Source: a virus (taxonomy: Duplodnaviria > Heunggongvirae > Uroviricota > Caudoviricetes). Taken from it: a stretch of 64,000 nucleotides of DNA. Location: IMG/VR virus record IMGVR_UViG_3300028833_000069; one strand, 5' to 3'. Both the position numbers and the translations under genes were made by a program. The notes under the pieces were generated by a model. It was not told where the DNA came from, ran no database searches, and saw nothing but the letters and a program-made list of their open reading frames with translations. Below are positions 39,201 through 49,940 of this stretch, piece by piece (the first letter of the stretch is position 1; the number at the start of each line of letters is the position of its first letter).

Positions 39201-40910
39201 AAATTTTCCAAGTATTGTTTGAGAACCATTGTTATCTTGTTCTACACCAAGCTTCTGGTCAGTAAGACAAATAAAATCAATTACACCACTTCTTGTATCT
39301 TCATAAGCAATAATGCCTAAATCAAGAAGAGTTGGAATATCAAGTAATTTGTACTTCTTATTTACATATTTTCCAAAAGTTTGCTGTAATACATTGTATG
39401 TATTGGTATTAGGATTACTCTTTGTTCCTAAGAAGTCAAATGTAGATGGGTGAGCAGAAGTACTCTGATAATCAGTAATCTGTCTTACAATATCATGAAC
39501 TTGTTTATTGAAGTGAGTTCTAGTATTGTTGATGATTTGTTCAATAATACCGTTATGTTTTGTAAAATCTTCTCTATTAGTTCTCTTTTCAACTTTACCT
39601 GTTAAAGGATTTACAAGAACATATTGTGTTCTACCATTCCACACTTGTACAGTAATTCTTCTATCAAGTTCTTCAAAAGTGTAATTTCTTTCCTTTCTTT
39701 CAAAAGGAATGATTAACTTTCTAAGAGCTTCATCAACTTCATTATTTAACTCTGATGTATTTATAGTTTGTACTGCTACAGGAGAATATATAAGTTGTCT
39801 AATGTTTTGAGAGTAGTCACCATAAGAGTAATCAAGCTTTGATGGAGTAGAACCACTGGAAATACCTAAGTTTCTTCTATTTTCTACTCTCATACTTCTA
39901 ATAGCTCCCATAGGCATACTAATTGGTAAAGTATATAAACCAATTCTGTATCCATCAAAACCACAAGCAGCAAGTATTTCTCTATACATACCTAACTGAT
40001 ATTGAGTATGTATTTTCTTTGCAGAATACCAGTCATCATAACTTCTAGTAGATACTTTGAAGTCAATAATGTCAATATCACCATTAGGTTTAACAATAAT
40101 TAAGTCACAAATACCTTTAATACCAGAGAAATCTTCATTAACTTTTACATTGTTAGTAGAAATATGATGTTCACTCAAGATAGTTGCTCCAGAGTAATCA
40201 GGATTGTTAAGAATGGAATCAACAACTGCTGTTACATTCTTTTTGATAATTCTAATTATCTCTTCAATGTTTGGTTTAGAACCTCTTTCTCTTGAAGTAA
40301 GTATAGTATCTAAACTTGCTACTGTCTGGCCATCAACTTCATGTTCTGTACTAGTTTCAATAGTTCTTTTAGCTTCAGCAAGAGCTGTTGCAAATGCTAA
40401 TGAATCATAGCCTTTCTGATTAGCAGTTGTATTCTTAAATGCAATACTTACAAGATTATGAAATAAACTACCAAATTCACTAACAGCAGACTCTTCTTCA
40501 ATTTGTAAAAGAAGGTTATCTAAAGCTGCTTGCATGTCTCCATTAGCTTTCTGAGTATCTTCAGGTTGTAACAAGTTTTTAAGAGTATTCTCTATTCTGT
40601 TCTCTTTATTGTAAATAGGAACAAGAGGCTTCATAATTACTCTGCCTGCTGCATCAACCTGTCCAAGGTCATGTTCTTGTTCAAGGTATTCAGATACACC
40701 AATAAACCTGTCTTTCTTTACAACAGTCTATGAGTTCTTTCTTTCTGACAAAGAATCTAATCTTCTAAGTCTTGTAGTAAGGTCTGATTGTACACTCAAG
40801 ATTGTAGACTTGATGTCTTCCATTCCTTCCTGTTCTAACTTATTAAGTATGTTTTGTACAAGTTCCTCTTGAGTAAGAGTTACTTTATTAAATGTATAGC
40901 ATTTACTCAT
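36204..40910 (-). CDS. 1568-aa virion cargo-like protein with a PD-(D/E)XK nuclease domain and C-terminal TM helix (TAG read-through)
   Basis: ORFs 40728, 38217 and 36204 are one frame joined by TAG at 40728, 38217 and 37980; ends TAA; GICDL...IIDFK...YQLGMY; ILIGLLLYYILRLIF. Confidence 0.85.
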
Positions 40911-41773
40911 AGACATTCTCCTTCTGTAATTATACCTTCTTTAATTAAAGATTCAATATAGTTCATAACTTTTGCAGATTGAACTACTTTATATTGATAA
41001 TCAGAATAACCTGTTTTTGCAATCTTTTTAGGTTTCAAAAGACTACTATCATTACCAATCTGAGATAAAGGACCTTGCAAGTATGAAATAAAATCAATTA
41101 CTCCTTCAAGTCCAAATGTTTTCTCAAGATGCTTTACCATGATAGCATTCAATTCATCATATTCTGGAATTACTTCATAACTAACCTTATTGTCAATAAT
41201 TGCTTCAATAAGTCTAGTAAAAGCTTCTTCTTTCCTATCTAAATCCATAAAGTGTAAATATTCAGTAGGAAGACTTCTTAGCATTTCTTGGAACTGTGGA
41301 ACTTTAGAAACAATTTCCATAGCCCTCATAAAGTCAGAATAACTGTCAGCTTTCATTACACCAAATACAAGATGTGTAAATTCATGTAATGGAGCTGTTG
41401 TTGTAGCAGCATTTGTGTTAATATAGATTTTACCTTCTGCTACACCAGCTTCTGTGCTTTCTGGAAATCCTAAAGATTTCATCTGATAGTCTTCTACTAA
41501 CTGCACATCTACTCCTAGAGTTCTCATGTTATCTGCAATGATATTAAGTGCAGAATATAAATCAACCTCTTTTAAGGGTGTTTTTCTTTGATTTAAGACA
41601 CTTTCATCTATCAACTGGACAAGTTTATTAGCTTTAGCTGGATATGCTCTCAGAGCCTCTAAAAATTGCCCTGCTGCTTCTCTAGGATTTTCAGATATAG
41701 CAGTTGGGGAGGGAAGAGTAATCTCCTCCACTCCCTTTCCTGTATTTAATATTACTTTAAATTCACATGCCAT
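40907..41773 (-). CDS. 288-aa zincin-like metalloprotease
   Basis: IYIN...APLHEFTHL (HExxH) and distal EEAF; start MACEF lies 1 nt after the upstream TAA. Confidence 0.78.
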   Translation of the reverse strand: MACEFKVILNTGKGVEEITLPSPTAISENPREAAGQFLEALRAYPAKANKLVQLIDESVLNQRKTPLKEVDLYSALNIIADNMRTLGVDVQLVEDYQMKSLGFPESTEAGVAEGKIYINTNAATTTAPLHEFTHLVFGVMKADSYSDFMRAMEIVSKVPQFQEMLRSLPTEYLHFMDLDRKEEAFTRLIEAIIDNKVSYEVIPEYDELNAIMVKHLEKTFGLEGVIDFISYLQGPLSQIGNDSSLLKPKKIAKTGYSDYQYKVVQSAKVMNYIESLIKEGIITEGECL

Positions 41774-41774
41774 A

Positions 41775-44700
41775 TTAACACTCATAATTAACTGACAAAC
41801 TTCCATTCTCTAAAGCACTAGTTACTTTAGCAGCATTTTGTAGAGCTTTGTTATCTACTTCAGCTTCTTCAAAAGTTCTAAGTCCAAGTAACCCTTTAAA
41901 ACCATCCATAATTGAATGACCAGATTCAAATCTAATTAAGGATTTTGGTCTTATTCTTCCTCTAAGTAAGAAATAAATGAACTTCTCTTTATTTTCAAGA
42001 GTAGGCTCTATTGTTCTTTCTCCTCTATCATACAAGAGATAATGATTGATTAACCTCTATGATAAGGATTCAGGAGTTGCATCAGTAATGTACTTATCAA
42101 ATATCTTTGTAAGAGACCTTTGCCCTATAGAATCTTGATTAAGAATTTGATTGTAAATAAACATTAAGTCTCCAAAAGTCATATTCAAACCTTTGTTCAT
42201 TACAGTAGATGTTCTTTGGAGAATTGTTCCTAACTTAATATCCATCAATCTATTGAATCCACCAACAAAGTTCTGATACTTCAAAGTATCATAATCTGAG
42301 TTGATTTGGTCTATATTGAAGTTAGCTACATATTTAGTTACACCAGTATTAGCATCTTCAAAGAGTCTTATTCCATCTAAAAATTCATTGTTTGTAACAG
42401 CTTGAATAGCATAGTTCAAATCAATTTCATCTTGTGTAGTAGGATTCTCTTTAATTGCTTTTCTACTAAGTTGTTTAAGAGCTGGAACTACAATATAGTT
42501 CATCAATTCAATAAAGTCTTCTATAGAAGCGTTGCTCTTGAAGTCTATCTTGTATAATTTCTTTAAAGTTTTATTTCTAAATGGTAAAGTAATCTGTAAG
42601 TTTTGGTCTTTAAGAAAATCAGCAACAACATAGTCATCAAAGAATTTAATTGCTCTTTGTGCAGTTCTACTGTTGTATGTAATCCTCTTAACTCCATTAC
42701 TCTTAAAGTTAATTAAACTACCATCAAAGAAACCATTGATACCAGAATCTAAAATAAATCTAGCTTTTGCAGAAAGAGCTTTCATTTCTTCCATAGATTG
42801 AGAATATGCTTCAAGCATGGCATAGAAGTTACTAGACTCATTGATAATGTCATATACATTGTAAGTAGATTTAACCGCATCATAAATGTCAGTTACTGCT
42901 TTTCTGTATTCAGGGTCAGCAAAATATCTTGTCATACTGATAGGTTTAGTAATATCAATCTGATACTTTTTAATAATATCATTTGCCTTACTAATCTTAT
43001 CTGAGTAATATTCTACTACTTTACCTCTTCTGTTATCATGTATCAATGTAAGAGCTTGTACTGCTGTATTAACATTTAACAATGGTAATTCATCATCTGT
43101 TACAACCTACAAGTTCTTTTTCAAATTGAACCATCCACTCTTGGATAGTCCTGGCATTTGACTTGCTCTAATTGCCAAGAGAGTTTCATGTAAATCTTTT
43201 ATTCTGTTAGATAATACACTTTGGAAACCTGTTAAAAGACCATTAGCTTTAAATAAATCAACTTTAACACCCTAGTTAACTCCAAGTATTCTTGCTAATT
43301 CAGTAATTTCATCAGCAAACTTATAAAGTCTCATTATTTGTACACAATCATCATAGTATCCATTGTTGTTACCCCAGGATAAGAATTCTTCAAATAATTG
43401 TTCATCAATTCTTTTTTCTTCACCATCAACAAATCTATTAGATTGAATCATCTCATTAAATTTGTTAAATGGTTTAGAAGTTGTAAATTGAACAATTGTC
43501 TCTGGGTCAACTCCAAGTAAAGTCAAGTATACATGTATTGAAGCAAGCTTAATACCTGCATTCATTTTTGCAAGTGCTAATTCTTTAGCATTATCCGTTG
43601 CAAGTGAAATTAAGGAACTTTGCTGTAAGGAAGCAGTGTTATTATTATAATATAACTGTCTTTCAGGATTACCTAATAAGTCTGCCCATGCTTTGGAAAG
43701 TTCTTTAATTCTTTCTTCGATAATTCTAACATCTGCTACAAAACTTGTTGGAAAAGTAATTCTTTTTTCTTTACCTTCCTCATCACTTACAAGTAATGTA
43801 AGTTTATTGTTAAACCACTTATAGCTATCAAGAATATCTTGTGCACTTGGATTATTTCTATAGAATTGGTTATAGTATTGTGTTAAAGCAAAGAATACTT
43901 TAATACCATTTGCCATTACACCTACTGTTTGTTTACCAACTGAGTTAATCTCTTGTAAAGCATGAATAGAAATTCCATCAAACAAATTCATTTGTTGTTG
44001 TTCTATAAATACCTTGTCAAGAGCATCTTTAAACAATTTCATTGCTCCATCAATAGAGGAGTAAGAAAGAGAGAAGTTTTTAGCATTAGTAGAAACAGAG
44101 TTAATGTTTCTTGCTACTAAGTTCTTAGATTCTTCAGCTGTGATGATATGTCTGTTATGCTTGTTAAGTTTAATTATCAAGTTTCTAACAAGTCTATTAT
44201 CAAGTAAGTCTTTTGTAATGTTAAAGGATTTGTTAGTATTTACATAGTTTAGTATGTCTAACAGTAACTGTAAACCAATTACATTATCATCTGTTGATAT
44301 GTATTGTTGAATTAGTTGTACAAGTTGTGCATCAGGATTGTCAGTAGTTACTTGTACTTTATTAGTACCTTCATCACTGTCATCTCCCCAAACCAATTCA
44401 ATGTTAGTTGGTAATGGTAATCTATCAGAAATCTCCATAGCTGCTTGACTAGTGTAATCTGCTAATGGAGACCAATGCTGATAAATACCTTGCTTGTTAA
44501 GTGAAACACCTAACATGTAACTTTTATCCATTTTGTTAACTTTACTTTTCAGTAAAGATTAGACTATCTCTTCACTCATATTTTGAGTGGTGTGCGCTTC
44601 CATTATCCTTTTATCTTCAGGTAATGTACTTAATGCTATAATTTCATCTAGCACCTGTGTACCATAATAAATCTTTAAATCAGACATTTCTGGAAGTACT

Positions 44701-47700
44701 TTATACATCATACTTGGACAAACATAAGGTGATATTATTTTGAATAATTTTTTTCCTTCTGTTGCACCAAAATTGATTGTACATCCTGCTTTTTCATGAA
44801 TAATTGTTGGAAATAAATTCCACTTTTCATTAAAGTATTGTATCCAAATGTTTGCTTGTTCTTCTGAACAATATGTACTAATTCTAAAATAGAATCCACA
44901 GTATTTTCCGTTGCGTTTTCTTCTAAGTATAGACCCATCATCCATACAAATTATTGCAAGACCTAATGCATCTACTCTATTTAATAGTTTTAAAGAAAGA
45001 GTTTTTTTATTATCTTTATACATAACTCTTCTTAAAACTCTATTAAAATTGTAAACAGCAACATTGAAACTATATTGAATAGTATGTTTGCAATAACCAT
45101 TTTGGCCTTCAAATCTAATAATTTGGCCAACTTTTATACCATGCTTTTTTAGTACATTCCTTTTGTACTTTACATAGTCATATTGTTTCCAACTATGATT
45201 TACTCTAATTTGTCCATTTTTTTGAACACATCCGTCTCCAATACTTAATGCTATTAGGAGATTTCTATTTTCTTTATTAACTCTATCTGTTAAAGATTTC
45301 ATAATTACATTACTATTAAAGAATGTTTATAATATAATACACAATTAGTCGTTGAACCTTCCTCTATTTGAGGCTTGGCTGCTGATTACCATATCATTTA
45401 GACTTAGGCTTCCCAGCAATTCACACACTTTAAGGACACCAATAAAAGTTTAATGTCCATATCTGACCCTTGCAACCATAATTGCCACCTAGTAACAAAC
45501 ACATCATTTACTTCACTCTCAGTAAATCCAGCAACTTTCATTGCCATAAATGATTGTAAGTCCTGAGTAGGTATTCTGGTTGAGATGATATTTAAGGATT
45601 TTAAGAAAGAATTGTATAACACTTGAGACAAGTCTCTAGAGTATTGTTGCTCACTATCATTATAGATATTAGCAAGTGCTTTCTTAACATCACCAATCAT
45701 TTGCTGTGAACTTGCATAGGTAACATCAATTGCCTCAGTATCATATGTCTTTATTTGATTATGATAAACACTATTCTTTACAAGAGTTCTTAATTCTTTT
45801 AAAGAATGGAAGTGTGTACCTAAAGGTTGTACTGAAACTATGTTATCTAAACTTGATAAAATCTAGTTGATTTCCTTTACAGCAATTGTATCTGAATGTG
45901 TGTTAAGAACTATACATTCTTCACCATAATTGTCACCAATGTAAAGAGTGGCATCCTCAGGCCACTTATACATTCTATTACCTTGTTTGTCTATCCTGTA
46001 TCCTTCTCTTACAAGAACATTAACGGGAGTAGCATTTTGAGGTTTAATTTTTGATATGCTAAACTTACCACTATCTGTTCTAACTATTACTTCTACATCA
46101 TTAAACTCACTTCTATAATAGTTGTTAACTCTTTCAAAGTAAGCTGGTGTAATATCTGCTAAAGATGTATTTCCTAATTTCAGTTGAGTTCTGTAAATTT
46201 TAGGAATTACTGCTTCAGCAGCATGTTTCTGATAGTTAGAGATAATAGTAAAGTCACTAGCTACAGGTTCAAAAGAATGTCTAATATCTAAGTTGTGGAA
46301 GAACTGTCTAAAGTTATAATGACCTTTAGCTTTACCTTCAGTAATAAGAGGAACTTCACCTAAAGTATATCCAAGTTCAAGAAGTTCTGCTTCTCTTGCT
46401 TGCCATGCCTTCATCCATTCTTTTACTTCTCTGAAAGCTTTTTCTCTATCTTGTTTAGTATTATTTCTATTCATTAACCTGTTAAACAAATCCATATTAC
46501 CTGTTACATAAAGTAAGAAGTCTTTTAACTTCTATTCTTTAGAATCAGTTAATACTTGCCAAGCAGTAAATCCTGGAGAAATTACTGCTTCATGTATTTC
46601 AGTTTCTTGAGTAGTTGCATTTTGTTGATGCTCTAAAATCAGTTTCTGTAAGATATGAGCATGATTTGGAGCCTCATTGTAATCATAAGTACTTCTACCA
46701 TAACTGTTATCAGGAATCTTATCAGTATAGTAAACTAAAGGTTTACCATCTAATTCTCCAGAGTTAATCTTATCTAATATCCACTGTCTTCTCTCTGGTT
46801 CAATATCCTCCCAAGCAGTACCTCTAAGCCACATCTCAAAGTATTGTACAGCTTCTCTTACTGTAGGTACTTTAACCTGTGCTGTAGTAGTACCTGTTGC
46901 TAAATGAGAGAATGGATTACCAAAGTGCATTCCTTGAGCATCAGGATGTCTTAATGTATCAATACCATCAATTTCCTTAGCTCTTGCCTCTGTGGTTTTA
47001 GCACTACCAGTAATTACTAAAGGTGGTACTTCAGTTTGTGAAGCAGATGTTTGTAAATGTTGTAATGTTTTAGCATATACATCTTCAATGGCTTTCTTTC
47101 CTTGTTCATTAAGCTCTCTAGTACCTATACCAGCAAAGTTTGGTGTAAGTGTTGGAACTTCTGTAACTGCCCAAGTACCACTAGTATTTCTAAACCACTG
47201 ATTTCTAACTTGGTCAAACAAGTATACTGGTTTGCCAGCATCAATAGCCATTTGAACAGCCCATCCTGTACCACCATCAACAATTCCTTTACTAATATGT
47301 CCAATAGCAAACACAGCATCAGCATTCTTTACTTGCATCCAGTTTCTAGCAAGTAAATCCATATATTTTTCTGGTTTTCTATTTAAAGTTTCATTAGCTT
47401 GTAAAACATGAGCTTTACCTTCTTGGAATTGTTCTTCTGTAATAGCTACATTACCATTAGGTGTTTTGTTTCCATGATAATAATGATTGGAAGTAACACC
47501 AAATCTAGCACCAACTTCTCCCCAATAAGTATCACTACCAACAGCTCCACCTGAGTGATTTACATATCCTTGTAAAGGTTTTTGACCATTGTCAAGAATA
47601 CCGTTATCATACCAAACCTTACTAAAGATTACATTAGAAGGGATTGATCCAGCAGCTATAAACATATCCATCATTTCTCTACCTGTATAACCATTAAGAG

Positions 47701-49939
47701 TTTTTTCACTAGGACTATTTGTATAAGCTACTTTAAATTTCTTATTTGGATTTTCTCTAGCAACTTGATAAAGCTTCTTGATACTTTCTATAATAGTTTC
47801 TGGAGATATACTTCTTAAGCTATTATTTTCTTTAATCCTAAGATCTTTTGTAGGCAATGCATATGCATTACCAGTTAGACCTTCTCCAACTCCATATTCA
47901 GCACCAAATTGGTCATGTGCTACTTTGGCAGCACCTTTCCCATGTCTTCCCTCAGGATTACTTCCAAATACAAAAATTGTTTCAGCATCTGGAGTAATTC
48001 TACCTTCATAATAAGGTTTAGAAACAGGCTCTTCAAACAAACTTAACTGTCTTGCATCATTGTATCTATATTGTAATCTCAACCCAACAGCTGCTCTTCC
48101 TTTTTCTATACCATCATCTACATAATAATTCTCTACAAAATCATTTGTAAATTTTAAAAGGTCTTTAGATTTACTAACTTTATCCCAAAGTTGTTTTAAC
48201 AGTTTTGCAGCTTGAGCATCAATGTAAAAATCATCCCCATCTTTTTCTCCACCTTCCAAAAATATCTCAGAAGCATAATCAGCCAATCCTAACTGATTAA
48301 GAACTGGGACTAATTTGTTCCAATAATCCTCATCAGTTACTTTTATAGCAGTTTCTTTATTAAACTTGATTTTATATATCTCATCTATTAAAGAAGTAAC
48401 TTCATAAGCATCCTGTGCAGATATATTTAACTTTGAATCAAGAACAGGTCTTGTTTCTTCAGTAACATATTTAGCTTCTGATGGTCCAATTGTTGCTCTA
48501 TCATATCCCCAGTTTGCTCTAACACCACCTACAGGCCACACATCAATATAAGTATCTTCTGTATTAAGTATTTCTGCTAATTGTTGTAAATTCTCAACTG
48601 CCAAATTATCAGTAGTTAAGAAGAACTTCTTTAAGTCAGGGTTGAAGTAAACATTATCAGTAAAGATTTTTCTAACCCATGCAAAGAATTCTTTAATGTA
48701 ATCTAAGAATTTCTTTCTTGGTTGAGTTTCAAATTCTTGTCTAAATGTTCTAGCAAGAGCTTGAGTTACTAATTCTTCATCCTGATTTGTTTTATAAGTC
48801 CAATTAACTTCCTGTTCAAGAGTATTAAACTGCAACTGTGCTTCTCTATAAAGTTTAGCAAACAAGTCAGGATTATTATATTTTAAAGTATATACAAGAG
48901 GATGTAAGAACTCTTCTGCTGCTACATCTGTAGTTACTCTTAACTTACTAAAGTAAATTGTATCTCCCTTAATAAAGGAATTTGGAGTAAGAAAAGCATT
49001 TGGAGCTATTTGATTAAATTCATGTATATACTCAGCTTCTTCAAGGAACTAATACTTAATATTTAGAAACTTCTCATGCAAAAAAGCAACCAATGCATTT
49101 ATTCTTTGAAAATCATGGTCTTCTTTAAACTCAATATCATCTTTTATTGAGTCTTGTAGAACTGCAAAATAGTTACTTTTAATAACTCTAAATCCTTCAG
49201 GAGCATCATATAAACCAAAGTTTGTATACCACTGATTATTAAAGTTCTTTACTATTCTTCTAGCTTCAAAGAGATTATTGTTTGACCATGCAACAATGTT
49301 TCCTTGTAAGATATTGTATAGGTTCTGATATTTCAGAGCAGGAGAGATGTTATATGCAATATGTCTATCAAACATACTATCTTGCTCTGTAGCTTTCATT
49401 ACTTGGTTTGCACTGAATACAGTTCTTGTACCAAGTACTTCACTATATGTAGAATCTCCTAAATCAGGATTGATTACTTCATAATCTGTATTAAGTGGTA
49501 CCCTTGCATTTAAATATACTGGAATAGCATACTGATTATGAGCAAGTGCATCTTCAACATTGGTATAGTAAATAGCACCAGGTCTCCATAAACTATTTGT
49601 AGAAACATTATCAGTACCATAGTAATAGAGTTTAGGTTCTCCTTTCTCATCTACTGCTACTGATTTATCAAGTACCTCTGGGTCAGTCCAATCACCAAAC
49701 CACTCTCTAAATAAATTAGAGTAAATAAGTGCTTTAGCTTGAAGTGCTTGTTCTACAGAATTAGTTATTTTGTGAAGGTCTTGGTACAGTATAGACTCCT
49801 CCCCTCTCGGAGAGAAGTCCATACTATGACCATTATTTGTTACAATGCAAGCAGTAGCTACATTAACTGGTAAAATACCTTCTAGTGCTTTGATAGCTGC
49901 CTGTGTAGCTCTTCTTGTTTTGATATTACAAATATTCAT
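41775..49939 (-). CDS. RNA polymerase beta'-like subunit fused to polyvalent-type domains; join(49939..45452,44528..41775), 2413 aa, 6 in-frame TAG
   Basis: In-frame TAG at 49049, 46532, 45863, 43272, 43107 and 42057; RIPTQ...GSDMDI|DK catalytic DxDxD after splicing; ATDNAKE; ends TAA. Confidence 0.88.
44529..45451 (-). mobile_element. group I intron inside the RNAP catalytic motif
   Basis: P1 GGACATT/GGTGTCC; 9-bp P10 ACTTTTATT/GATAAAAGT; P3 GTGTGT/GCGCAC; P7 GACTA/TAGTC; P8 CACTCA/TGAGTG; P9 with GAAA loop; terminal G. Confidence 0.93.
44559..45302 (-). CDS. intron-encoded LAGLIDADG endonuclease (LAGLIDADG_2-like)
   Basis: LLIALSIGDG and LAIICMDDG; last ~14 codons overlap the P3', P8 and P7' core strands. 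Confidence 0.88.
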   Translation of the reverse strand: MKSLTDRVNKENRNLLIALSIGDGCVQKNGQIRVNHSWKQYDYVKYKRNVLKKHGIKVGQIIRFEGQNGYCKHTIQYSFNVAVYNFNRVLRRVMYKDNKKTLSLKLLNRVDALGLAIICMDDGSILRRKRNGKYCGFYFRISTYCSEEQANIWIQYFNEKWNLFPTIIHEKAGCTINFGATEGKKLFKIISPYVCPSMMYKVLPEMSDLKIYYGTQVLDEIIALSTLPEDKRIMEAHTTQNMSEEIV

Positions 49940-49940
49940 A

